Shown one piece after another: positions 28,466 to 43,884 of a stretch of 64,000 bases of DNA (positions within the stretch are counted from its first letter, which is position 1; each line of letters begins with the position of its first letter). The position numbers and the translations under genes are program-made. The stretch is from Eledone cirrhosa (Eukaryota). The DNA lies in contig OZ024752.1 in assembly GCA_964016885.1 (NCBI GenBank), forward strand, positions 34,658,001 through 34,722,000, read 5' to 3'. Below the pieces are notes generated by a model that did not search any database, had not been told where the DNA came from, and saw nothing but the letters and a program-made list of their open reading frames with translations.

Positions 28466-29170
28466 GTAACAACAACAAAAACAACAATAGCAGCAACAAC
28501 AACAGCAACAACAATAAAACAATCATCAACAACAACAACATCATCAACAACAACCACAACAGCACCACCACCACCAACAATAACAACAACAGCATCAGTA
28601 ACAACAGCAAAAACAACAACAACAGCATCAGTAACAACAACAGCAACAACAGCAACAACAGCAACAACAACAACACCGAACCACCAACAACAACAACAAC
28701 ACCAACAACAACAACAACTACAACAAACTGGACGACATCCAATTGATATACTCAAATAAAAACGTATCTTGATGTTCCTTGTTTGTTTTTTCTGTTTGTT
28801 TCGTTTAGTGTTGTGTTGTGTTGTTTAGTGTTGTGTTGTTTTGTTTAGTGTTGTGTTGTTTCGTTTAGTGTTGTGTTGTTTAGTGTTGCGTTGTGTTGTG
28901 TTGTGTTGTGTTGGTTAGTGTTGTGTTGTGTTGTGTTGTGTAGTGTTGTGTTGTGTTGGTTAGTGTTGTGTTGTGTTGTGTTGTTTAGTGTTGTGCAGTG
29001 TTGTGTTGTGATGTTTAGTGTTGTGTTGTTTTGTTTAGTGTTGTGTTGTTTAGTGTTGTGTTGCGTTGTGTTGTGTTATATTGTGTTGTGTTGTGTTGGT
29101 TAGTGTTGTGTTGTGTTGTTTAGTGTTGTGTTGTGTTGTTTAGTGGTTTGTTGTGTTGTTTTATTATTGT
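28320..29170. repeat. (CAA/CAG)n tract followed by (GTGTT)n tract
   Basis: Read directly. Confidence 0.95.
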
Positions 29171-29438
29171 TTAGAATGACGCTTTAAACACGAGGTTATC
29201 GTTTTGGCCTAAAGTTTCTAACATTACATGAAGATTTCGTATCAGGAACCTAAGATTCCACGGTCTACTTAACAGACACAAACTTGAAAGACGAACCGCA
29301 CTCGTCAGGTGTCAAACAGTCATTCTCACATACACTCCTCCCCCACCTCTCTCTCTCTCCACTCTGTCACATTTTCACCCACATGCTCTCATATGTACAT
29401 ACATTCACTGATGATTCTTTCTCCAACTCTCTCTCCCC

Positions 29439-29484
<46 letters not shown>

Positions 29485-29487
<3 letters not shown>

Positions 29488-29649
29488 AAAATGTTTAACC
29501 CCGACGGCAGAGCTCAAGCCGTTTCGACGGCTATTTCTGGACTTTCCTAACGTTTCCGCCCACCCTCTCTCTCTCTCTATCTATCTAGGAAAAGAGTCAG
29601 GGCCCCGACGGCTGAGCTCCGGCCGTTTCGACAGCTAGATCCGAACTCT
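29485..29649 (-). mobile_element. Two divergent family B fragments
   Basis: Minus strand GAAACGGC-TTGAGCTCT-GCCGTC-GGGG and GAAACGGC-CGGAGCTCA-GCCGTC-GGGG. Confidence 0.7.
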
Positions 29650-29671
29650 ATCTATCTATCTATCTATCTAC

Positions 29672-30440
29672 CGGTGGTTTGGCAGCGTCGGTAGAGCGTC
29701 AGACGCCATTCTTTGCAGCGTAGAGTTATGGCCCTTTGTTTTCTGAGTTCAAATCCGCCGAGGTTAACTTTGCCTTTCATCCTTACGGGGTCGATAAAAT
29801 AAAGTACCAGTAATGTACTGAGATAATTGCTGGCCTTGTGCCTAAAGTAGAAATAGTTATATGGTAGATTGGCAGTATCAGTAGAGGTTCGGACGCCATG
29901 CTTTACAGCATGGAGTTACGGCCCTTTACGTTCTGAGTTCAAAACCCGCCGAGGTTAACTTTGCCTTTCATCCTTACGGGGTCGATAAAATAAAGTACCA
30001 GTCAGGTACTGGGGTCGATTTAATCGACTTTCCCCTCTCCCAAATTACTGGCCTTTGTGCTTATACTAGAAATCATCAGTATCGGTAGAGGGTCGGACGC
30101 CATGCTTTGACGCATTGAGTTACGGCCGTTGCCATTCTGTGTTCAAATCCCGCCGAGGTTAACTTCGCCTTTCATCCTTACGAGAGATCGATAAAATAAA
30201 GTACCAGTAATGTACTGAGGACAATTGCTGGCCTTGTGCCAAAAGTAGAAACAATTATACATAGTGTAATAGGCGACGAATTGTCAGAGTCGTTAGAACG
30301 TCGGATAGAATGTTTTATGGTATTCATTCCGGCTCTCTGAGCTAACTTCCCCTTTCATCCTTACGAGAGGTCGATAAAATAAAGTGCCAGTAATGTACTG
30401 GCGTAATTGCTGGCCTTGTGCCAAAAGTAGAAACAATTAT
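29672..30440 (+). mobile_element. SINE chain, partly duplicated at 31237-31800
   Basis: SINE motifs; shared ATACATAGTGTAATAGGCGACG junction. Confidence 0.85.
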
Positions 30441-30624
30441 TATTTTCAATTTTCTTCATCAAACTGAAGAAACAATCGGAGTGTTCTTAAATGACAGCTG
30501 CAGGTCTCTAGTTTCACTAAACTGCAACATGACGTGTGGCGACCCAGCAGTGACTTGCATTATTTTCAGCTTCATTCAGACGACACTGGCCACTACCAAC
30601 GTAAATGATTGTGTCATTAGAAAT

Positions 30625-30625
30625 T

Positions 30626-30658
<33 letters not shown>

Positions 30659-30855
30659 ATTATTATGGTGATGATGGTGGTGGTGGTGGTGGTGGTGGTA
30701 TTGATGGTGGTGATGATGATGGTGGTGATGATGATGATGGTGGTGATGATGATGATGATGATGATGGTGGTGATGATGATGATGATAAAGATGATGATGA
30801 TGATGATGGTGATGATGATATCGTTGCCATTGTTGTTGTTGATGATGACAACGAT

Positions 30856-30887
<32 letters not shown>

Positions 30888-31069
30888 TATCTTTATCATC
30901 ATCATCATCATCATCATCATTATTTTTATCATCATCATCACCATCATCATTGTTGTTGTTGATGATGGATGTGGTGATGATGATGATGATGATGTTATTG
31001 TTGTTGATGATAGATGTAATGATGGTGTTATTTTTTATTGTTATTGTTATTGTTGTTGTTGTTGATGAC

Positions 31070-31103
<34 letters not shown>

Positions 31104-31150
31104 GGTGATGGTGATGGTGATGATGATGGATATGATAGTGATGATAATAA
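30625..31150. repeat. (GAT)/(GGT)/(CAT) compound microsatellite
   Basis: Read directly. Confidence 0.95.
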
Positions 31151-31236
31151 TAAAGATGTAGTTCTGATGTTGTTATTGTTGCTGATGATGTTGCTATCAC
31201 TAGCCATGTATCATATATATATATATATACTGTTGT

Positions 31237-31800
31237 GATTGGCAGAATCGGTAGAGGGTCGGACGCCATGCTTTGCCTCATAGAGTTACAAACCCTTTGC
31301 TGTCTGAGTTCAAATCCCGTCGAGGTTAACTTTGCCTTTCATCCTTACGGGTGCTCGATAAAATAAAGTACCAGTCACGTACTGGGGTCGATTTAATCGA
31401 CTTCCCCCTCCCCCAAATTACTGGCCTAGTGCCTATACTAGAAATCATCAGTATCGGTAGAGGGTCGGACGCCATGCTTTGACGCATTGAGTTACAGCCC
31501 TTGCCATTCTGAGTTCAAATCCCGCCGATGTTAACTTTGCCTTTCATCCTTACGGGGGTCGATAAAATAAAGTACCAGTAATGCACTGAGGACAATTGCT
31601 GGCCTTGTGCCAAAAGTAGAAACAATTATACATAGTGTAATAGGCGACGAATTGTCAGAGTCGTTAGAACGTCGGATAGAATGTTTTATGGTATTCGTTT
31701 CGGCTCTCGGCACTCGGCTCTCTACTCTCTGAGTTCAAATCCCACCGAGGTCAACTTTGCCTTTCATTCTTTCGAGGTCGATAGTAAAATATACCAGTCT
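31237..31800 (+). mobile_element. SINE chain
   Basis: SINE motifs. Confidence 0.85.
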
Positions 31801-32160
31801 AGTGTGTTCAGACATTAACACACTAGGTTTTTTTTTTAATGCCCTAGAAATGCCGTATGTCACTACGACGCCCCAACGACCGACCTGACCATAATACATA
31901 CAGATTCATACATACATGCATATTTGTTTTGCAAGATACTTGATGTGAAAATTTAATACACAGATATATATATATATAAAAACAAATAACGAAACGAAAT
32001 TAAATTTCGTTTCGTTTGTCTGTGTGTTTACATACAGAATAGCTGGACACTCACAGTAAAGTGACCAGTGAAAAACTCGGTACATCTACATATGTACACG
32101 TGTGTGTATTCATATGCATACTAGTATTTCAGTATACATATGTGGATGTACATTTTTAAC

Positions 32161-32224
<64 letters not shown>

Positions 32225-32413
32225 ATAATAATAAAATTGAAGACTGTGCCAGCGAACGTCACCACGAACCAAAGTATCGTCTTCCTGTCTTCCTCCGGTT
32301 GCAACGTTTTTTGAAATATCCACTTCTGCGTTTACAGATTGACTGTTAGTTTCAGAAGATCCCGTTAAGGGTGAAAGCAGCGATTCTTTGCTTAAACTTT
32401 AATCTGTTATTTT

Positions 32414-32483
<70 letters not shown>

Positions 32484-32522
32484 GATATTAATAAATGGAA
32501 ACTATATTTATAAAACCATATC

Positions 32523-32587
32523 TATTTTATTATACATATTTCAAGGATACCATGTTAAATTATGGTATGCTTTCATCAGACAAAATA
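32523..32587 (-). ncRNA. Type I hammerhead ribozyme (family A) within inverted element 32480-32745
   Basis: TATTTTGT-CTGATGA-AAGCATACCAT...ATGGTATCCTT-GAAA-TATGTATA-ATAAAATA. Confidence 0.75.
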
Positions 32588-32948
32588 CAATATATACCAG
32601 TTTTATAAATAAATAAATGGTTTTATAAATATAGTTTCCATTTATTAATATCGTATATTTACTCCAAATACTTGTCGAGTACTTTATATCAGTTATAAAA
32701 ATATTTGCTTGTTGTATCCAAACAATTTAAATAGAACTTTTGCATATATATATATATATGGCTTCTACGGGACTAGAGCTGTTTCATTCAGGAGAAATCA
32801 TCATTATATATATAATAGAATATAAAAGAAAAACGAACACAGAGATATACATATATGTGTTCAAATCGTAAGGGACCAGATTCGCTAAGGTGAAAGAGGT
32901 ATTTTGTTGTAAGAGACTATTTTGAGTTCCTAACTAAATATATACCTT

Positions 32949-32981
<33 letters not shown>

Positions 32982-32984
<3 letters not shown>

Positions 32985-33156
32985 CGAAGGAAATGTGGTA
33001 AGGAACCAGGTGGACCATAATGCACCAAAGTACTCAATACTTAGGGTAGTAGAGTGGGTAATAGGAACGAGTAGGACCCCGACGGCTGAGCTCAAGCCGT
33101 TTCGACGGCTAATTCGAAACGGCTTGAGCTCAGCCGTCGGGGTCCTACTCGTTCCT
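32982..33156 (-). mobile_element. Family B element with 96-bp fold-back in (TA)n
   Basis: Palindrome 33061-33156. Confidence 0.75.
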
Positions 33157-33213
33157 ATATATATATATACAATGATATTAAATAAATGGAAACTATATTT
33201 ATAAAACCATATT

Positions 33214-33274
33214 TATTCTATTATATATATTTCAAGGGTACCAAAACCTTGGTACCCTTTCATCAGATAAAATA
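33214..33274 (-). ncRNA. Type I hammerhead ribozyme (family A), best-formed copy
   Basis: TATTTTAT-CTGATGA-AAGGGTACCAA-GGTT-TTGGTACCCTT-GAAA-TATATATA-ATAGAATA. Confidence 0.8.
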
Positions 33275-33879
33275 CAAAGTGTGTGTTATAAATTTTGACA
33301 TAGCCAAGGAACATACCTTATCAGTTGAATTTTCCTTTAATATTATTTAATATCATTGAATATTTACTTCAGAAACTGTCGAGTGCTCTGAATCAGTTAT
33401 AAACATATATATTTGTTGAATTTCCAACAAATTAAATATCCCTTCTGCTTATGTATATACATACATATACATATATATATATATGTGTGTGTGCATGTGC
33501 ATGTGTATATATGTATACATGCCTGCGTGCGCACGTGTGTGTGTGTGTGTGTATGTTTTATTAAAATACCTATTCTCTCGTATCTCCCCCCACCCCCTCC
33601 CTCTCTTACATAAACCCTTTTCTCAACGTTTCTTAGTCGACACTATTTTTATGTACTCTGATTCATTCCCCCACCCGTATCTCACCCGTTGTTTCACCAC
33701 CTTTTCAATTCACCTTTGCTCACCACACAAGATAGGGTTTCTCGCTTGACCCAACATTTCAAGATGCCCCCACCCCACCCCCTTCTTGGTAACTTATTCT
33801 TTTCTTTACAACTGATTTGTAAAACCATTTCAAGGCTATTTATTTGGGGAAAACAATTTGGTAGAGATATCTGTGTTGC

Positions 33880-34054
33880 TTTCTTCTTCGTCGTTGTCTT
33901 CTTCTTCTTACTCATTTTTCTTCTTCTTCTTCTTCTTCTTCTTACTCATTTTCCTTCTTCTTCTTCTTCTTCTTACTCATTTTTCTTCTTCTTCTTCTTC
34001 TTCTTCTTCTTCTTCTTCTTCTTCTTCTTCTTCCTCATTTTTCTTCTTCTTCTC

Positions 34055-34087
<33 letters not shown>

Positions 34088-34106
34088 CATTTTTCTTCTT
34101 CTTCTT

Positions 34107-34139
<33 letters not shown>

Positions 34140-34450
34140 CATTTTTCTTCTTCTTCTTCTTCTTCTTCTTACTCATTTTTCTTCTTTTTATCTTCCTCCT
34201 CATTTTTCCTTTTCTTTTTCTTCTTCTTCACCTTCTTTTTCTTCTCTTCTGCCACCTTCTTTTCTTCCTCTTTCCTTTTCTTCTTCCTCCGTTTTCTTCT
34301 TCTTCTTGCTCCTTCTTCTTCTTCTTCTTCTTCTTCCTCCTCCTTTTTCTTCTTTTTCTTCTATCCTCCTCCTCCTTCTTCACCTTTTTTTCTTTTCCTC
34401 CTCCTATTTCTTTTTCTTTTCCTCCTTTTTGTTTCTTCTTTTTCTTCTTC
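33880..34450. repeat. (TTC)n compound microsatellite
   Basis: Read directly. Confidence 0.95.
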
Positions 34451-35139
34451 TCCTCTTCCCCTCTACCCACCCAACCACCGCCAAATTATTCATTTTTTTA
34501 TGTTGTTGCTGTTTTTTCTTCTCTTTTATCGTTATCCTCTTTTAATCATTACAGCAGACACATTCTTTCACCTTTTGTCCTTCCTATTGTATATTTTATA
34601 TCATATTGTCCATTTTCCAGCACGTATTTATTATATAGTTCCAACGACATGGTCACAAATACTTCCAAAGCAGCACTAACATTAAATTAGTTAGCTTGAT
34701 GGTTTCATTTCTTTATGGTTTGTCTTTGTTTGACTTTTTTTCTCTCTTGTTGCCCCATCCAAATCGTCCATTCGCTGAGAAAGGCACGTTTACAGCCTGT
34801 CTTGATCCCGTTCTAATTGTTACAGCCAGTTTTCTTCTACAAACAGCCGACCTCCATTAGCGTATTTTAATGAGCGCGAAAACTGGAAGGATACGGTTAA
34901 AATATTGACAAAACAACGGTTGTCTCGAAACAGAAAAGTAGAGCAAAGCATTGAATAAATGATTTGGAAACATGTATATGTACTTTGGCGTCTATCTATC
35001 TATTTATCTACTTACCTACCTACTTACCTACCTACCTACCTACCTACCTACCTACCTACCTACCTACCTACCTATCTACCTACCTACCTACCTACCTACC
35101 TACCTACCTATCTACCTAATTATCTATATATCTATCTAT

Positions 35140-35760
35140 TTCAGCACGCAATTGTTCAGTGTCCAGGGGTGACCGACCTGTGGAATTATGTCGAACAGCT
35201 ACTGTCACGTGTGGGACGCATCCAGTTGTCAGCCGAGTCCATCGTGAGGATCACCCCGCTGCCTTCATTTAAGAAGAGGCGGTTTTCCTCTGTCTGGTGG
35301 CTATGGCGAAAGAGGTTAAAAGGACTGAGGGCAAACACCTTTCTCTCCGGACAACAACCCATCCCTTTCTTTAAGTACCACTTCAGAAGGAAGGTGAGAG
35401 TGGAGAGAGAGGTGTTACACCCCAGTAAATTCGCTGAAAGGTGGGTGAATGTGGCGAAAATGGCCCGGGTGAATGGGCCTTCTCTGTCTATAAACCTGTA
35501 GGTTGAGGAAGACAAACAGAGGGAAGACAGGAACACCTACAAAACGTGCTCCTGGTGTTGAGGGTTGTTCTATCCACGGGGTGTTCTATCCACGGGGTGT
35601 AAAACAACGCTGCAGTAACATTCCGTCCCTATTGGGGATTTCGATTGTTTTATTTGATATATAGTTTATTGTTATTCATCATTGTTAAAGATTTTATGTA
35701 AAACCCCCCGCCGTCACGTTTTGTCCCACTTTTGTACGCCCTTGTGGCAAATAAAGAAAT
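35140..35760 (+). mobile_element. 5'-truncated L1/Tx1-clade LINE flanked by (TATC)/(TACC) repeats
   Basis: QHAIVQCPGVTDLW...ARVNGPSLSINL stop at 35501; 3' end GTGGCAAATAAAGAAAT followed by ATCT-like repeat. Confidence 0.85.
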
Positions 35761-36194
35761 ATATCTATTTATCTGTCGTATTAACACATGCCGTATTAGC
35801 CAATCTGCTCTTTTGCTTCATCTGTCTTCTTACAAACATATAATTGTTTCTACTTTTGGCACAAAGCCAGCAATCACCCAATGTATTACTGGTACTTTAA
35901 AACATATAATGTCAGTAATTCTTTGACGAATTCCTCGAATCACCAGCGAACAGTGCTCTCTATAAGCAGCTATTCCTAAACTCTTTAGTGCTTCTCTCTT
36001 GAACTAGAATGATTAGATGAAAGCCGGGGAGTTGTTGTGGGAGTATATTGGTTGGCATATCTAAAGAGTTGATTCCACACGGCGTCCATTGTTGATTTTA
36101 ACCATATCCTACTCATGGCTGCTTATAAAGAAAGATGTTAAAACAATAATACACAAAATGCGTATATTTCGACGTGTTTAAGAGAGAGAGAGAC

Positions 36195-36265
<71 letters not shown>

Positions 36266-36341
36266 ATTGTATTACATCGCACACAAACATTCACACAAAC
36301 ACTCACACAAACACTCACTCACACTCATATATATATATATA

Positions 36342-36417
<76 letters not shown>

Positions 36418-36450
36418 TATTTAGATATATATGTGTGTGTATAAACATAC

Positions 36451-36534
<84 letters not shown>

Positions 36535-36544
36535 ATATATATAA

Positions 36545-36636
<92 letters not shown>

Positions 36637-36869
36637 GGTATAATTCCTAACTTTACATCCAGCTGATAGCAATTAGCTTTCCTATTTAACAGCTAGGTGG
36701 CTTTTAATAGGAAGGGCAAGCAGCTAATGAGTGGCATACCACGGATACTGAAATAGAGTATGGTGACATTATAATATGCTATGTTATAAAATAAATATAT
36801 ACATATACACAGCAAATGTATGTATGGAATAAAATATACATATACTGTACGATATGTATTATATATATG

Positions 36870-37313
<444 letters not shown>

Positions 37314-38380
37314 GGAAATCAGTAAAATCGAATCTCTGGCGGTTTGCAAGTAAATTCGACCTACTTATATGAAATGATGAGTTAGCAAAGCACTCGATAA
37401 GATAGGACCTCAGAGTAATAACATACGTTTAAATAGCTTGACAAATCGAACATTGTGGTAGGCGAAACTAACACACAATACATACCAAAGCAACGATAGA
37501 ACTAATCAGGTTCAGAAAAGTACACCTGAACCCAAACGAAACAGTGAGGGTGTTCTGTTATTATTTCTGGCAATATTATAACAATATGGCCCTCCCCAAG
37601 TATAACAATATAATATATATATATATGTATGTATGTGTGTGTGTGTGTGTGGGGGGGGTCTGTTTGTGTTTATGTGTGTGTGTCTGTGTTTGTGTGTGTG
37701 CGCGCGTCTGTGTGTGTGTGTGTGAGTGTAAAAGCACACGGAATTTGGGGAAGAATTTGGTTGACAATGTATAGTGTAGTGTTGGTAGATCAAAAAATTA
37801 GTAAGCAAGGAAATTTTTTTTTTTTTTACATTTTTTCGACATGATCGTCGTCTTTGTCAAGTATGGATGTTTTCCAAAGATGGTGGCGAATATAAGATTC
37901 TACTGCAGTTTGGTTTGTGGCAAACTTTATATTCTGTGCGATGCATGGCGACGTTTTCTGTTTTTTCTTCTAAGTCTTTCAAATATTGCAGTGACTTATA
38001 AAACAAGATGTCAAAGGTCAATTTGTTTGCCTATACAACTGCCTGCATCACACCTTCATAGGCGCTGAGTTGGCCAGCTGGAGGTGCGAGCCTCGCGAGT
38101 TGGAATGGCTCTTCCAGCGCATCTGCCTTACCAAACTCCGGAGGAAAACGCCTTCTCCATTCTGTCCGCCGGGGCTGTGGGAAGGCCAGCACGTGGGAGC
38201 CCATTTGTTCACCATACAGAGAGATGGGGAGGGTGAGAGAGATAGAGGTGATGACAGTGGGAGTTCGACTCTTCCACGTTCGGACCATATCCTTGTGGTT
38301 GTGTTCATTATCTATAGAGTTCATTCTATTATTCAGTTGTCCTCTCAAGATCATTAGCGACGTAAAATGTTTTTCATGTG

Positions 38381-38414
<34 letters not shown>

Positions 38415-39076
38415 GGAGAGAGAGAGGGGAGGGGGGTGGGGGTAAACGAAAAAATACTCTACTGACGATGAAGTACAATGAAGTTATATATTAAGCACTA
38501 CATTAGGAGCAACCTTTCTGACCCTGCCAACTTAAATTCAGTATCTGAAATATGAGGTAAACAGTTGTAAACTATCACCAGTATGGCTGCTATTTCTAGT
38601 ACGTCGAGCAAATGCGTACATTTTCTCTCACGTTAGCTTACTAGTTGATAGGTCAAACAGACAAGACATGGGTCATATGAATTTATTAAGGTGGAGACAG
38701 TGGCAGTCTGGCAAAGGATAGATTTGAAGGTGAGAAAGGGGTCAAGATTGTTTGAGGAGTTGGCGTATTCGTCAAAGATACGAGGAGTTGAGAGGGACTA
38801 ATGTTTACAAACATTTCAGAAAGACAAACTATAGTTTGCTATTTATCTTCTAAAACAACAATGTCAGTGAGTGAGCAGTGAGGAAGTTAAGTGGGACTGT
38901 ATACATGGAAGTCACTGAAAAATGATGATTTCACAGAAAGAACTCAGTTCAGATTGATATTTTTCATTAATCCATTTGTGACCATCTAAACTATAATAAA
39001 GGAAGGTCTGCGGGATTGCGTACGGTTTATTTTTTTTTTATCCCGTTTGTAAAATATGTTGGATTACTTTGAATAA

Positions 39077-39256
39077 ATAATTGTTTCTACTTTAGGCACA
39101 AGGCCAGCAATTACCCAATGCATTACTGGTACTTTATTTTATCGACCCCGTAAGGATGAAAGGCAAAGTCAACCTCGGCGGGATTTGAACTCAGATCGTA
39201 AAGGGACGTAACTATGCTTGAAAGCATGGCGTCCGACCCTCCACCGATACTGCCAA
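39077..39256 (-). mobile_element. Main-family SINE
   Basis: SINE motifs. Confidence 0.9.
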
Positions 39257-39730
39257 TAAATAATGAATGAATATTACATAATTTATCTACTAAATTTCGT
39301 AAACAAAAATAATTTCGTAAAAATAAATAATTTAAAATTGACTTCTTTTCAAAGTTGCACTTCCGGTATATCGTCGCTACCACCATCACTTCAACTACCA
39401 TATATAGAGAAGGAGAGAGTGTGTGATGTCAACACTTCCGGTGGCGATCGCTTAAATAAACATACTAATTTTCTCCTAATGCAGTTTATATATAATATCG
39501 TCTTTTTTAATGTATCATGGATTACGTTAGTGATTACATAAGACAGTGTATATTGTAAATTACGATTTTATTTGATGTATCATATCTACATGTATATATA
39601 CCTGCGTATAATATCAATATACACACTACACATGCTAGCAGAAAACCACCCGAAGGGTGGTTTTTCTGCTAGTATTTTTAATGAAATGATCAATATATTG
39701 TTATATTTGAGAGGGTTATGTTGTTATAAT

Positions 39731-39880
39731 GAAGGTGCATGGCTTAGTGGTTAGAGAATTGGGTTTGCAATCGAAAGGTTGTGAGTTCGATTCTCGGACC
39801 GAGTGATGTGTTGTGTCCTTGAGCAAGACACTTTATTTCACGTTGCTTCAGTTTACTCAGCTGTAGAAATGAGTTGCGAT
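39731..39880 (+). mobile_element. CORE-type tRNA SINE
   Basis: TGGCTTAGTGG, GAGTTCGATTCT, TGTGTCCTTGAGCAAGACACTT. Confidence 0.8.
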
Positions 39881-40414
39881 GCTGCCAAATCAATGGGTGG
39901 CAGTAGTTCCAGCTGCACGCATCGAAAGACTGGTGTAGTGGTTCTGAGAACAATGCGGCTTTGCAGATGATCAATGCAAATTGACAACGGAAAGACGCTC
40001 CCGCCCGAGTTAGAAGAGAACTATTGACCTTCAGAGGAAGCAGCGACCCCTGATTGTATCCAGCAACTGAAACAAATATGAAGTACACCAAATCCAATGC
40101 TCCTAGGGGGCGGCCCTGGTTCTTCTTATTTGCGAGTGTAAACTCGGCCAGATTAGATTAGATGTTGTTATAATATTGCCAGAAATATATAATAAAACAC
40201 ACTCATTGTTTGGTTGGGGTTGGTTTTCACTTCAGTATATTTTATATCCCTATAGTTAATTCAGCTGGTAATCAATAATTATCATTGATTGACCAACAGT
40301 TAAAAAATATAGATATAAATATATTCTCTCAATATATTTGTTTCAATTAATTTTGTAAATAATCCGAGAACTTGGAAGAGTTTAGTAAAATAGTTAATTT
40401 GGTTCATTATTGCG

Positions 40415-41430
40415 AGTGGATTGGCAGTATGGGCGGTGGATTGGCAGTATCAGTAGAGGGTCGGACGCCATGCTTTCCAGCATAGTTATGTCCCTTTACG
40501 ATCTGAGTTCAAATCCCGCCGAGGTTGACTTTGCCTTTCATCCTTACGGGGTCGATAAAATAAAGTACCAGTAATGCACTGGGTAATTGCTGGCCTTGTG
40601 CCTAAAGTAGAGACAATTATTGCGAATGTATTTGAAATATGGTTGAACAAAACACAGCGGTGGATTGCCAAAATTGGTAGAGCGTCGGACAACTTGCTTT
40701 GCGGCGTATGCTTACGTCCTTTTACATTCTAAGTTAAAATCTCGCCGAGGTTAAGCTTTGCCTTTCATCCTTACGAGATAAATAAAATAAAATAAAATCT
40801 AGTACCAGTAACACACTGAGATCTATTTAATCGACTTCTCCCCCCAAAATTGTTGGCCTTGTGCCTAAATCAGAAACTATTACTTGGGATAACTAGAAAC
40901 TTGTCCGTTCTCTTAACACTTTTTTTTTTTTATTTTATAACTATAGGGCGGTGGATTAGCAGTATCAGTGAAGAGTCGGACACCATGCTTTGCAGCATAG
41001 AGTTACGGCCCTTTATGATCTGAGTTCAAATCCCGCCGAGGTTAACTTTGCCTTTCATCCTTACTGGGTCGATAAAATGAAGCACCAGTAACGTACTGGG
41101 GTCGATTTAAACAATTTTCTCAGTCCCCAAAATTGCTGGCCTTGTGCCTATATAAGAAACCATTATTGTGAATGTATTTGAAATATGATTGAACAAAACA
41201 GAGCGGTGGATTGGCAAAATTGGTAGAGCGTCAGACAACTTGCTTTGCGGCGTATACTTACGTCCATTTGCGTTCTGAGTTCAAATCTCGCCGAGGTTAT
41301 AGCTTTGCCTTTCATCCTTACGGGGTCGATAAAATAAAGTACCAGTAACGTACTAGGGTCGATTCAATCGACTCCCCCCCCCCCAAAAAAAAAAATACTG
41401 GCCTTGTACCTATACTAGAAATCATTAATT
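40415..41430 (+). mobile_element. SINE cluster arranged as a duplicated pair
   Basis: GAATGTATTTGAAATATG junction at ~40624 and ~41170. Confidence 0.85.
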
Positions 41431-41859
41431 CTACAATTATCTCCGCCATCAATGACGTTCATTTAAAAATATATTTACTTTCTTTCTTCATTGTTTGACG
41501 GCCACAGTTTCATTTTACCTCCGCCCTCTGTGTTTCGTTTTTCGTTTCTTTTTGTTTCGTTTTTTTTTTTTTTTGCCAGTCTTTAGTTTGTTTTCTGGTT
41601 CAGGCTTGGCGTCCTGACTTGTTCTGTCTAACTTCAGAATTGTTTCCTCTTTCGGCCGCTTATGTACAACACTTGATCTTCGTCCTACATGTTGATTTTA
41701 CGTGCTTGCTGTTCTCTTGTTTTAAACTGTAGCAAGTCTTCCTTCAAACAACTCATTTTCTCCGCCTCTCCTCATCCCACACCTCTTTCTCACTATCTCT
41801 TTCTCGCTCTTGACTCTTGTTCCTCTAATCGTTAACCCTTTATCCCTTGCCCCCTTCTT

Positions 41860-43803
<1,944 letters not shown>

Positions 43804-43884
43804 TCAATGGACGTTGGACCCCCGATGGAGTCGTAGAGGCGCCCTCGTGACATACGGCGTGTTTTTGGGTATTTAAACCCGGAG

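Noticed and set aside
32995-33204. Recurrent [24 protein letters not shown] as a gene family
   Set aside because: Antisense reading of the family B element, with variable ends
36720-36765. CTAATGA-GTGG-CATA-CCAC-GGATAC as a hammerhead
   Set aside because: Both core strands are altered without compensation and there is no clear stem I
39744-40097. 117-aa ORF as a gene
   Set aside because: Its 3' half is an antisense CORE-SINE and the rest has no recognisable homology
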